This document shows, piece after piece, positions 30,436 through 39,641 of a stretch of DNA of 64,000 nt (within the stretch, counting starts at the first letter, position 1; each line of letters opens with the position of its first letter). The stretch is from a virus. Position numbers and translations under genes: made by a program. The DNA lies in the IMG/VR virus record IMGVR_UViG_3300030450_001823, positions 33,236 to 97,235 of that record; one strand, 5' to 3'. Under the pieces are notes generated by a model. That model searched no databases. It was not told the DNA's origin and saw nothing but the letters and a program-made list of their open reading frames with translations.

Positions 30436-30918
30436 TTAACCACTCCTACTAAATCCGCTACTACTAAGCGGTCCACCGATTTTAGAACGAAGTTCTTTAG
30501 TTACCATAGCGCTAATTTCCTTGGCTAATGCTCGCTTATCTGTTCTGTCAGTTATTCCGCTGACATCTATCTTTAGATTAACTGTAACATTATTTTGCTC
30601 TTCTTGTGCGCCCGCCTTAGTTGGTAATCGTCTTTCTGCACTAGGTGCCTGTGGCGCTTGCCGAGCAGTCATAGTTTTTTCAAGACCTTCTTGGACTCCT
30701 TTGATAGATTCCTCCATTTGCTTGAAAGGCTCTATACCACCCATCTGTCTAAGTGATTCTCTAAGGTCAGTGCTGTGTGACTTTGTCATAGACATACTGT
30801 TAGTGAACTTATCCATTTGGGTTTGAAGTGCTTTCATATTTTTCTGTGCTTCTTCACTATATTTCTTAAAGTTCTCCATCGCATCGACGGACCTTGGGTC
30901 AATTTCTCCATCTACCAT
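30436..30918 (-). CDS. Very short tape-measure-like protein
   Basis: Lies directly after the chaperone pair; helical/coiled-coil N-terminus; TMP-type C-terminus NVTVNLKIDVSG..D.RALAKEIS..V.KEL. Confidence 0.45.
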   Translation of the reverse strand: MVDGEIDPRSVDAMENFKKYSEEAQKNMKALQTQMDKFTNSMSMTKSHSTDLRESLRQMGGIEPFKQMEESIKGVQEGLEKTMTARQAPQAPSAERRLPTKAGAQEEQNNVTVNLKIDVSGITDRTDKRALAKEISAMVTKELRSKIGGPLSSSGFSRSG

Positions 30919-31187
30919 TGGCTCCCCTCCAGTGGTGGGACAGTGTCATACCCCAAGTAGACTTTGTTTTCTGAGACCTGTTCTTCTCCCTGCATAGCCT
31001 GTGCCCAATACAAAAGTTGCTTAGCATCATCTATCTCCAAATCTCTAACCTCCTTTATTCCCATTCCGTAGTGTGTCATTAGTAGATATTCCATTCCTTC
31101 TTTTTGAAAGCGAAGCCGGTCAGTTACTGTTCTCCCGTAGACGAACCGCTTGATGTTGCCGACTTCGCTTCCTGAAAAACTAGCCAA
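30912..31187 (-). CDS. Tail assembly chaperone, frameshift extension (gpT-like)
   Basis: Overlaps the upstream ORF in the -1 frame and has only a TTG start; YLLMTHYGMGIKEVRDL resembles the gpT-type 'W/Y...E...L' signature. Confidence 0.5.
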   Translation of the reverse strand: MASFSGSEVGNIKRFVYGRTVTDRLRFQKEGMEYLLMTHYGMGIKEVRDLEIDDAKQLLYWAQAMQGEEQVSENKVYLGYDTVPPLEGSQW

Positions 31188-31438
31188 CCCATAACTTCGC
31201 TAGGTTCAGGTAGCAGCGCAGTAAGGCTTTGGCCTTCACTAGGCGTTAATCCTTCGATGTCTATGTAGTCGTCGCAGACTAACCACTTTTCAAAAGCATG
31301 TCTCCAGTATTGTGAGAAATCCATTGTACCATCCATAAGTAACGGCGCAACTGCTTGTACATCAAAGAATGTCAAGCGTTTTGCTGTAATTTCTAAAGGT
31401 CGGCCATTTATTTTTATTTTATTCTTCTTCGGTGACAT
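31124..31438 (-). CDS. Tail assembly chaperone (gpG-like)
   Basis: 104 aa, between the tail tube and TMP-like genes; IEGLTPSEGQSL-type C-terminal helix. Confidence 0.5.
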   Translation of the reverse strand: MSPKKNKIKINGRPLEITAKRLTFFDVQAVAPLLMDGTMDFSQYWRHAFEKWLVCDDYIDIEGLTPSEGQSLTALLPEPSEVMGWLVFQEAKSATSSGSSTGEQ

Positions 31439-31622
31439 ACTTACTCACTTCTTTATCATTCGATGCAGCCTCTTCTGAGGGGGCATCATTAGCAAGGTGG
31501 GCGAACGGGTCGTCGCTGGCTTTCCCTGCTTCGGGGTCAAAGAGGTATTCTCCTCCTTCTTCTTCTTCTTCTGCCAAATCTACTACAGGCGAGTGAAGGT
31601 TTTTCCAAATCTTCAACGGCAT
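31419..31622 (-). CDS. Small acidic hypothetical protein
   Basis: 67-aa Glu-rich ORF filling the gap between the tail tube and chaperone genes. Confidence 0.5.
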   Translation of the reverse strand: MPLKIWKNLHSPVVDLAEEEEEGGEYLFDPEAGKASDDPFAHLANDAPSEEAASNDKEVSKYVTEEE

Positions 31623-31631
31623 AGTATCATC

Positions 31632-33704
31632 TCAACAGTGGTAAAGCGTATCTTCGCTTATGACTTTTAGGTTCCTAGGCTCTAGCCTAATTTTAGAATG
31701 CAACAATCCCTTGTCATCAGGGACAGGTATAGGTGCTGCGGTAATAATATAATCATCTAATAATATCCTCATAGACTGTACAGCGGTGTTATCAGAAGAT
31801 AAATCAGCGGTAGCAGTCGCCGGTTTAGTGAAGTAAAGGTGGATTAAGTTTCCAGTGGAACCTACTGTGCCGCTCTGTTCAATGTGAGTTCTTAATTGGT
31901 GGAATAGTGTAGCATCAGTTAAGACTACATCTATTTCCATCTCAAACTCTTCACGACCTTCACGAATAATAGAAGCGTTTCTAGTACCACCATAAGGTAC
32001 TTGCTTGAGACTTAGTCCTGTACCGGTATCTGTGCTCTCTGCAACTGGGTTGCTTTGGATTGTATGAAATACTTCTACACCAGTTTTGCCTCTTAATTCA
32101 AAAGCACTGATAAATCCTAGACTAGAGCCAAATGCTTCTACACTACCATTGTAAAACATAAACGGCTTTTCAGTTCCAGTAGCAATACCCGATGCTTTCC
32201 TTGAAGTTTCATCAGTAGCCGTGTTTTGGAACATGCGGTGAGAATTATAACGGTCACCTTGATTTGCAGATTCTAAACGACCTGTATCTGTATAACAGGA
32301 AAGCGCATCAAAGATACACCTATACTTTAATTCAGCATCAACGGTAGATGATAATTCCCATTCTACTACTTTGCAGCCTCTAAAGATACGAGTCAATTGT
32401 TTACTATCTGTCGAGCCGCCCGGTGCATTTACGCCAGCACCTGTTTCAGCAGAATAAGAACCTACATCTCTGTTTCTAATACTATGCTCTACGCAGAAAG
32501 AAGGAATGGTGTCTGCTGAAAAGAACAATTTTCTCACAGGCCATTTGATTAATTTAGAAGATAATATGTGAGGGCCTTGGTCTCCCGTTGCGTCGTATAC
32601 TCTAATTCCAACAGGGTCGTTTGAGTGAGCAAATTGCCAAGGGTCATCTACGAATACTCTAAAGCCACTGGCTAAAGCCTCAACTGCAACTATGCGTCTG
32701 CACTCGCTTGTTTCTGCCCACTCAAAGTGATGAGCATCGGAGGCTAAACTACCACCACTGGCAGGGGGCCAATACTTGTTAGTATCTAATTCAGGAGCCT
32801 TGTATGTCGTAGTAGGGCTTCTCGTAGTGTCTTTGATTAGAATGTATTTACCGATTATGTAATCCGGGTCACCTGCTGTAAGATTGAAAGCGCTTGCGCC
32901 GGAAGGGAGGCTACCAAACCCTAAGTCAGGAATGTCAATGTAGGTTTGACCCGGAGACACTGTGTAAGTGAAATCTGTTTGGTCTGTACCTTGAAGCCTA
33001 CCGCAGTTGTAAGCGTCTACGACTTCTCTACCGAGACTGTAGTATAACCAACGAGGGCTATGTAATGGCATTTCAAGCGCACCGCCCATATGATGCACCT
33101 TGCCCGTTTGCTGTACCGCCGCCTGTCTACCAAGCCCTACAACATGGTATTTGTGAATATCAACTGTGGTATCAGGTAGTGTCATAAACGAAGCCAATCC
33201 TACGAATTGGTCTATTAGACTAAACTCTTTGGATAATTTAGCCTGAGCATTTATAGAAAAATCAGTACTTGCTGTAATAGTAGGCATGCCCAAAGAGTGA
33301 ATAGAAATTATGTCATTAGTTGCACCAGTAACAGCCGCACCAAGTGCAGGTACAATTTTTATTTTAGTAACAGTGTCAAGCGTATGGTCTACTATACTGT
33401 GTATTCTACCATTAAGTGCTTCGTAGTAATAAGGAGAAAAGCCTCCTGATGTATTACTACCATGGAAAGTCAACTTTGCTCCAATCAACATACCGACTGG
33501 TACAGACAAAATACCTGTAGTACTGTGGCGACCCACCGTACCATTTACACTACCGATTGCAGTTGCGAATACAATTTCTGTATAGTCTGTGTAGTTAGTG
33601 GCATTGAATGTCAAAGGTTGACCATGCTCTAAGTGCAAGCCTGTCTCATGTCCCATAGTAACTTCTGAGACATCTCCTTTGTAATGCGCTCCAAACCCAC
33701 TCAT
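31632..33704 (-). CDS. Major tail (tube) protein with insertions
   Basis: Follows the terminator; N-terminal GDVSEVTMGHET, PSFCVEH, FRGCKVVEWELS, KPFMFYNG and IREGREEFEMEIDV fit a tail-tube fold pattern. Confidence 0.6.
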   Translation of the reverse strand: MSGFGAHYKGDVSEVTMGHETGLHLEHGQPLTFNATNYTDYTEIVFATAIGSVNGTVGRHSTTGILSVPVGMLIGAKLTFHGSNTSGGFSPYYYEALNGRIHSIVDHTLDTVTKIKIVPALGAAVTGATNDIISIHSLGMPTITASTDFSINAQAKLSKEFSLIDQFVGLASFMTLPDTTVDIHKYHVVGLGRQAAVQQTGKVHHMGGALEMPLHSPRWLYYSLGREVVDAYNCGRLQGTDQTDFTYTVSPGQTYIDIPDLGFGSLPSGASAFNLTAGDPDYIIGKYILIKDTTRSPTTTYKAPELDTNKYWPPASGGSLASDAHHFEWAETSECRRIVAVEALASGFRVFVDDPWQFAHSNDPVGIRVYDATGDQGPHILSSKLIKWPVRKLFFSADTIPSFCVEHSIRNRDVGSYSAETGAGVNAPGGSTDSKQLTRIFRGCKVVEWELSSTVDAELKYRCIFDALSCYTDTGRLESANQGDRYNSHRMFQNTATDETSRKASGIATGTEKPFMFYNGSVEAFGSSLGFISAFELRGKTGVEVFHTIQSNPVAESTDTGTGLSLKQVPYGGTRNASIIREGREEFEMEIDVVLTDATLFHQLRTHIEQSGTVGSTGNLIHLYFTKPATATADLSSDNTAVQSMRILLDDYIITAAPIPVPDDKGLLHSKIRLEPRNLKVISEDTLYHC

Positions 33705-34174
33705 GGTATCAACTCCGCAAGTACTACGACTTCTACTTGGAATGTGTGACGGAATAATTTTTTAGTCCTGTCGCTTAAATCAGTGCGTGTTTTCATAACC
33801 ATGCGGTCAAAATTAACACCATCTCCTTTTCGACTGTTATGGATTACTCTTCTCATTTCATTTTCCATTTTACGCAAACGAGAACGGCCTTTGGATGTAC
33901 GAATATCTACTGTGATATTAGTACGAGTTGTTGTGAAGTTATAGAATAAGTCAGGTACTTCTTCATTAAGGGCTGTTTCATAACATACTATGTAATCGCT
34001 ACGCTGCAAGTCTAAACGCTTACCACGCTCAGGCCCTTCGTCTGCTACATCAATTACTACTGGTCGAATGTTATCAGTATTTGCTCTGTTCCAAGAACCA
34101 GTGTTGCTAGAAGAGTAGTTATCTTTGAGTACATCAATAACGACATCGAGTGCTTCTTTCCATGTCGCCGTCAT
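33701..34174 (-). CDS. Tail terminator/completion protein
   Basis: 157 aa; ITVDIRT...MENEMRRVI...RHTFQVEV pattern; position between adaptor and tail tube genes. Confidence 0.55.
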   Translation of the reverse strand: MTATWKEALDVVIDVLKDNYSSSNTGSWNRANTDNIRPVVIDVADEGPERGKRLDLQRSDYIVCYETALNEEVPDLFYNFTTTRTNITVDIRTSKGRSRLRKMENEMRRVIHNSRKGDGVNFDRMVMKTRTDLSDRTKKLFRHTFQVEVVVLAELIP

Positions 34175-36270
34175 GCAAACACCACTATTTCCTTATATCT
34201 TTGCAAAATAGTCTCTGCCTCCTTGCGGTAAAGTTGAATCTTAGAGCCGAGGTCTACATTCTGAGAGCCTTCGGGAATAAGTACAGAACGGTCATCGGAC
34301 ATAAGTAAGTCAGCAGCCACTAACTTAGTAGCGGCCTCTTCAATTGCTTTCTCAAGATAGCGTTCGCCATAGATATAAGAGACCTTAACTGCATTCCACT
34401 CAAAGAACGGGTATGAGTTGTTGAAGTAAATGATACCCATCTCTGAATCTAACCACCAGTCCCTAAGACGGGCTTGGTCACCACCAGCGTCAGAGTACTG
34501 CCCTATATCAGTTCCAAATGCCAATTGATTGGCGCTTTTTGTACCAGTATCCAATGTACTAATTCCGTCAAAAGCCCCGTTAGCATTTAACGGGGTACCA
34601 TGTAACTCTTGGCAACCGGTTAGTGTAGAGCCGGATTTACCAGTATAGCCAATAACTTCTTGCGAGGTCCCACTACCTAGTGTCAAAACCCCAAAGTTTT
34701 TGAAACCGCTGACATCAGTTCCAGTGATAACACCATCCGTAATTACCCTGATAGTAAGCGTTTTACCACCTGAGCCGCCAGTTATGGTTATGACATCGCC
34801 GCTTGTATATCCACTACCTACATTATTTATTGCCACCGTTGCTAATGCTCCCCCGATGGCAGTAGTGTCTACAGTCATGCCAGTACCAGTCCCACCAGTA
34901 GTGGCAAGCGTAGCAGTACCAAAGCCTGAGCCGCCCGAATCATGACTTATTACCATAACAGGTGAAAATGTCAAAGTTTGCCCGCTTTTAGAGCCGCCTG
35001 TCGTTGAAACATTTAATTCAAACTCAGTAGCACTAGTTATACTTTGTACTATTGCATTATTAGGAATACCTGAGCCGCTAACTCTCATACCTAGTTTGAT
35101 TAAACTTGAAGAAGTATGCGTGATAGTAGGGTCATCATTATACGCACCGCCACCTACTGTAAAGTCAGCAGTTTGAACTTTACTAAAGGTAGTAGTGGCC
35201 GAGCCTGTGTCCGATACTACCATACTGGTAGCGTCACTTACCGCTATAGTAGCGCTTTCTCCACCTTTGGTCTGTTGCATGCTAGTAATTTTTACATTAC
35301 CGTTACCATAATCCGCATTAGCAGTTGTAATAAACTCATCATGAACATGAACATTACTAACGCCGGTTGATGAGGAGCCATTTGGCTGAGTATAAGTAGT
35401 TCCGCTTGGACTGGTAGCATCAGTAGTAAAGGTAACTGTGCCTCGGTTAGTACGGTCCTCTTTGTTTATCAAATCCGCTAGATTCTGAGCAGTTGTTACA
35501 TTATTAAAATTAGATTCCCATTGCTGAGTACCGGTTCCAACTGCTAATTTAGCAAAGCCCCCTCCACCGGGAGATAAATAAATCGCATCTCCCGACAATC
35601 CTGTATAATCAACAATCTCTAACCTCGCTTCTGCACCAGCCAGTTCTCTATAATCATCACCTTGCCATACTTCAAGCCTCAAGATTTGCTGAACATTCCT
35701 AAACAATAGGGGGGTAGTACCTACATAATCAGTATAGTATCGTCTTCTATAAGGCTTGTAAGTATCAAAGTTGACATACTCTGCGCTTACGAGATAAGGT
35801 CTCCAAGCATTGTGAGTGATATTATCAATGCGGTCTTGTACTTCAAGAATACGCTGCTCGACTATAGACTTCTTCATTCCACGAGTCTTGCCGTTGGTGA
35901 ATGATGCTTGGTTTTGAATATAGGTATTGTCAGCAGTTTGAAAGTCAGTAACATTGGATATATTACTACCAGTAAAATATAAAGCAACTCCGTTAGCACC
36001 GCCTTCGGCTATTGATGTAATGTCCTTTTCAACACCCAAAGCCTGTGCATCGCTGTAAATAAGAATAGTATCTCCTACAGCAAACCCATGTGCTCTGTAA
36101 TCAGAACCTGTGACATAAACTCTGTCAGCCTCTGTATCAGCACTAGCCAACACTGCTTCACTCGGTCCAATACCAAGTAAGTCTGCTACTTTCTGAGCAC
36201 TAGTATATACAATTCCAGCAGGGTCAAGAGGCCGAGTCTCAGGCTCGCCGGGTGAAAATACTGCTGGCAT
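34171..36270 (-). CDS. Head-tail adaptor with large inserted beta domains
   Basis: N-terminal YTSAQKVADLLG and IDNITHNAWR; C-terminal VKVSYIYG..IEEAATKLVAAD (SPP1 gp15/gp6-like pattern); interior contains modules A and C. Confidence 0.65.
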   Translation of the reverse strand: MPAVFSPGEPETRPLDPAGIVYTSAQKVADLLGIGPSEAVLASADTEADRVYVTGSDYRAHGFAVGDTILIYSDAQALGVEKDITSIAEGGANGVALYFTGSNISNVTDFQTADNTYIQNQASFTNGKTRGMKKSIVEQRILEVQDRIDNITHNAWRPYLVSAEYVNFDTYKPYRRRYYTDYVGTTPLLFRNVQQILRLEVWQGDDYRELAGAEARLEIVDYTGLSGDAIYLSPGGGGFAKLAVGTGTQQWESNFNNVTTAQNLADLINKEDRTNRGTVTFTTDATSPSGTTYTQPNGSSSTGVSNVHVHDEFITTANADYGNGNVKITSMQQTKGGESATIAVSDATSMVVSDTGSATTTFSKVQTADFTVGGGAYNDDPTITHTSSSLIKLGMRVSGSGIPNNAIVQSITSATEFELNVSTTGGSKSGQTLTFSPVMVISHDSGGSGFGTATLATTGGTGTGMTVDTTAIGGALATVAINNVGSGYTSGDVITITGGSGGKTLTIRVITDGVITGTDVSGFKNFGVLTLGSGTSQEVIGYTGKSGSTLTGCQELHGTPLNANGAFDGISTLDTGTKSANQLAFGTDIGQYSDAGGDQARLRDWWLDSEMGIIYFNNSYPFFEWNAVKVSYIYGERYLEKAIEEAATKLVAADLLMSDDRSVLIPEGSQNVDLGSKIQLYRKEAETILQRYKEIVVFA

Positions 36271-36282
36271 ATCTCATTCCCC

Positions 36283-36726
36283 TCACCTTAGCCAAGCGTT
36301 ACCACTTGAATAACCCTGTTGTTTCAAAATAGACCAAGCGTCATCAAACGACTTGCGATACATAAAGTCAGGGTGACCTCCGTGAGGAGGCTCGCTTGGA
36401 GCAGGTGCCGCTGCTTCGGGTGGATAGCCTTGCTCTATTGCGGTTTGTTCTTCACCTGTGACATTAGGTTGATTCATTTGTGGTTCTTGGGCACCTTCGG
36501 GCACTCCATCTAAGAACTCAATACCGTGTGCTTGTGGATTAGCCATCGCTTCTTGGATTAAATTATCACGAGCCATTTGCCAGTCAGGACCTGCACGGTC
36601 TCCTCCAAGTTCTCCAACAGCCTCTGCTGCTTTTCTATTAGCCCACTTTCCTAATCTAGTTTGCTCACCGTCGACTAATATCTTTTGACGGTGTGGATTG
36701 GGTTGTTTCAAAATATAAACTGTCAT
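36283..36726 (-). CDS. Hypothetical protein with C-terminal AWxxLK tag
   Basis: 147 aa, Pro/Gln-rich; ends ...YRKSFDDAWSILKQQGY. Confidence 0.6.
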   Translation of the reverse strand: MTVYILKQPNPHRQKILVDGEQTRLGKWANRKAAEAVGELGGDRAGPDWQMARDNLIQEAMANPQAHGIEFLDGVPEGAQEPQMNQPNVTGEEQTAIEQGYPPEAAAPAPSEPPHGGHPDFMYRKSFDDAWSILKQQGYSSGNAWLR

Positions 36727-37007
36727 TGTTCTCTACTCCCTAAATTAAAATCTACTTGCTTACCACATGTTCTACAGGTATCTACCCAGCAGAAATAAAG
36801 CATCCCACAACCTTTACAACGAGTGCCACTACCAATGTTTAACACATCGCCAGCGTTCTTATTACGGTTGCGTTGCTTTAATGTCAAACCTGCAAGTGGA
36901 TTATCTTCATCAGTTCTTACCGATGCTCCATAAGACTCGTTAAGCCTAATACCACGCTTCTGCAAGCGCTCGATGTCATTCAAGTCAAGGTTGTCGTTAG
37001 ACTCCAT
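36723..37007 (-). CDS. Zn-ribbon protein
   Basis: CKGC...CRTC near the C-terminus. Confidence 0.6.
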   Translation of the reverse strand: MESNDNLDLNDIERLQKRGIRLNESYGASVRTDEDNPLAGLTLKQRNRNKNAGDVLNIGSGTRCKGCGMLYFCWVDTCRTCGKQVDFNLGSREQ

Positions 37008-37017
37008 ATTATCCCAC

Positions 37018-37224
37018 TCAAGACTTGTAAATGATTACCAAATAAGCATTTCCCAAGACATTGAGCATTTCAATACCGACTATCGTATCTGCTGTATTAG
37101 CATCTGTCACTGCGTCAAAACCTGCATCAAGTGCAGTTTGGATTGCTGTAGCGCCTGAAAAGTCAGCCGGTGATAGAGGTCCTACCACTTTAGACTTCAA
37201 TGCTGCTAAGTTTGCACTTCCCAT
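37018..37224 (-). CDS. Small virion protein
   Basis: 68 aa, Ala-rich, in the post-capsid cluster with a GAGGTGA SD upstream. Confidence 0.55.
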   Translation of the reverse strand: MGSANLAALKSKVVGPLSPADFSGATAIQTALDAGFDAVTDANTADTIVGIEMLNVLGNAYLVIIYKS

Positions 37225-37235
37225 CAGTCGTCACC

Positions 37236-37559
37236 TCAAGAGCGGCGACCTATTACTAAGAATGTTCCACCAGTGGTACCGTGTCCTACTGCACCGGAAC
37301 TTATAGTAATTGTAGTGCCACTAAAGGTAGCCATGTCTCCGGGTAAAGTCAAATCTACTGCTGCGTATGATGTGCCGCCAGCGATGTCTAAATGCTGAAC
37401 TTTTGCAAGGTTACCTGCTGCTGTCGGATTAACTATTACTGCGTCAATGCTTGCGAGCAAACTGCCCAAAACTATTGATGTGTCCGTTGCTGCGTAACTT
37501 CCCGTTACTATCATTCTATCACCAAAATAACTTGGTCTTGCGTCTATTGTTACTGCCAT
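37236..37559 (-). CDS. Putative capsid decoration protein
   Basis: 107 aa, small beta-rich, downstream of MCP. Confidence 0.45.
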   Translation of the reverse strand: MAVTIDARPSYFGDRMIVTGSYAATDTSIVLGSLLASIDAVIVNPTAAGNLAKVQHLDIAGGTSYAAVDLTLPGDMATFSGTTITISSGAVGHGTTGGTFLVIGRRS

Positions 37560-37957
37560 TATTCTTCATCTCCTATTATATCTTGTTCTTCAACTGCCTC
37601 TTCGACTGGGACTTCTTCGACTACTGGTTCCGGCTCAGGAGCAGGTGGGTTGAGAGTGGTCTTTACCATGTCGAGCAACTTGCTCTTGGTAGTATATCCA
37701 CTTACAACTTCACCTTTTCCTTTAAGCCATGCGCCTATGTCTTTTTTAGTCCAGCCACTATCAGGGAGTCCGTCGTTACCAGCGTCTACTGTTACACCTT
37801 CGTCTCCTTCTATCTTGAAGGTTTTAGGTGACATTCTGACTCTGTGTTTATTTAGCCATTCCTGACTAACTTCAACAGGCTCTCCCCTTATCCATTGACC
37901 TGATACACCGCTCTTACGACGATACATCATTGGTCCTAGAAAAGTTACTGTAGGCAA
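37559..37957 (-). CDS. Head-associated protein with HeH/Rho-N-like motif
   Basis: WTKKDIGAWLKGKG....TKSKLLDMV pattern, common in genes following MCP. Confidence 0.5.
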   Translation of the reverse strand: MPTVTFLGPMMYRRKSGVSGQWIRGEPVEVSQEWLNKHRVRMSPKTFKIEGDEGVTVDAGNDGLPDSGWTKKDIGAWLKGKGEVVSGYTTKSKLLDMVKTTLNPPAPEPEPVVEEVPVEEAVEEQDIIGDEE

Positions 37958-37968
37958 GTTGAATCACC

Positions 37969-38412
37969 TCAAGCCGCTATAAATGTTAGCAAAACAACAT
38001 CGTCATCAGTAGCAATATCAAAAGTAATTGTCCCTGCTTCATGTGCTATTGTTGTTGCTGCTGCTAAAACGCTTTCGTCTGTGTCACTATTATTAACTAT
38101 AGATACAAGCGCTAATACATAATTTAGACTACTATCGTATGCGTTAACATCAAATGTTGTTGCTGCATCTTCATCAGTACAAGTTACCGCTAAAGAAATT
38201 AATCTTGTTTGTGCTGGTGTTTCATTACTACTTGTGTTAACCGCTTGGAATCCAGTTATAGCGCCGGGATATGTCCCTGCTGCTGCTGTTCCACTCAACC
38301 AAGCAGTGTTAGCGCTTGCAACGCCATCTGCACTTGGGTAGTTATTCGGTGCTCCGTTGTGTATTCCTATATCTAGGTATGTCTGTGCTACTGTTAGATT
38401 TACATGTGCCAT
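37969..38412 (-). CDS. Putative capsid decoration/minor head protein
   Basis: 147 aa, Ala/Thr-rich, immediately after MCP. Confidence 0.45.
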   Translation of the reverse strand: MAHVNLTVAQTYLDIGIHNGAPNNYPSADGVASANTAWLSGTAAAGTYPGAITGFQAVNTSSNETPAQTRLISLAVTCTDEDAATTFDVNAYDSSLNYVLALVSIVNNSDTDESVLAAATTIAHEAGTITFDIATDDDVVLLTFIAA

Positions 38413-38447
38413 ATTTATTCATCTCCTTTATTTTCCACCATTAATCC

Positions 38448-39626
38448 TCACTGTAGGTCACGAATTGAACCTTGACCTCCAAAGAAAGTAGTCCAAACTT
38501 CACCCATTGTGCGGTAAAGTCCTTCTTGCCCTAGTCTGTTAACAGCGAATGGGTCTCCAGTTTCGATACCGGACTCAAAGTATTGAGTTGGTTTCGCAGT
38601 ACTGTAGTATAGGTAGTCAGTGTCAAGCATGTAGATTCTGCTAATGCCGTCTGTCTGTACATCTTTAGATGGAATGATTGGGACACCGTTGTAAGTTGCG
38701 ACTATAAATCCAGCCTCAACACCCGGTACACCTTTTACACCGTTGTAAGTTGGTACAACACGCTTTTCCTCCATGAATCTCTGTTGAGATTGTAGAAGTT
38801 GCTGAATACGCATTAGAGTGTCATATCCTGTTAGCATAACCTTCGGGTTACCACCACGAATCCAAACCTTTTGGAAGATGGTATCCAAGTGGTCAAGACT
38901 TAGAGTACGGCGGTTACCTGCTGCTCTGTCACTACCACAGTCAACTTCTGCGTTAGACCAAGAGTTTGCTGCTTCACCTCGGTCAATGCTGTAGATGTCT
39001 AAATCGCTAGCGCCACAGTGGTCTGTACCTGATGATGCACCAGTTTCCATAGATGTTAGTCCACCGCTTGCTCCACCGTCGTTACCAGTAACTCTGTCAA
39101 GAGACTCGATGTTGTTACCTGCTGGTGTTTCACTGTCTTCTGTTAGCATTTGGTTGATGTGCTCTGCGTGGTGCTTACCCATTTCCTCTTTAAGGACTGA
39201 GCGAATGTCACCTAGACCGTCATCCTTGTCATTAAGGAAAATAGCGGTTTCGGACATATCGAATGTGTGTGCAATAGTCTTAGGCTTTGCTGCAACATGC
39301 TGGAATGTAGGCTTGGTTGTGTCCGGTAGGGTTGCATTTTCTGCAACTCCGCCACCAACAGATGTTGACGGCTTAGCGGTAACTACTCTCCAACCACTTC
39401 TGTCCCAAGGCTTCTTAGGCAGAATGGAGAATGCGTTGAACTCTTGGTTCAATTGACTCCAAACTTTGCGGCCATAAATTGCTTGGTATGTACCTGCGGT
39501 TGTGCTCAGCATTGGTGCATCTGCCTTTAGTAGTTCTGAACCACTGTAGGAATATCCCATGCTCTGTCCCGCGCCATAATAATAGCGCTCCATATCGTTT
39601 ACTGTTCTCATATAATTTCTTGCCAT
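38448..39626 (-). CDS. Major capsid protein (HK97 fold)
   Basis: 392 aa directly after the protease; GGVAENATLP, KPKTIAHTFDMSE, GGNPKVMLT, VATYNGVPIIPS and IYMLDTDYL fit the HK97 MCP pattern. Confidence 0.9.
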   Translation of the reverse strand: MARNYMRTVNDMERYYYGAGQSMGYSYSGSELLKADAPMLSTTAGTYQAIYGRKVWSQLNQEFNAFSILPKKPWDRSGWRVVTAKPSTSVGGGVAENATLPDTTKPTFQHVAAKPKTIAHTFDMSETAIFLNDKDDGLGDIRSVLKEEMGKHHAEHINQMLTEDSETPAGNNIESLDRVTGNDGGASGGLTSMETGASSGTDHCGASDLDIYSIDRGEAANSWSNAEVDCGSDRAAGNRRTLSLDHLDTIFQKVWIRGGNPKVMLTGYDTLMRIQQLLQSQQRFMEEKRVVPTYNGVKGVPGVEAGFIVATYNGVPIIPSKDVQTDGISRIYMLDTDYLYYSTAKPTQYFESGIETGDPFAVNRLGQEGLYRTMGEVWTTFFGGQGSIRDLQ

Positions 39627-39641
39627 ATTTCATTCCCCCAA

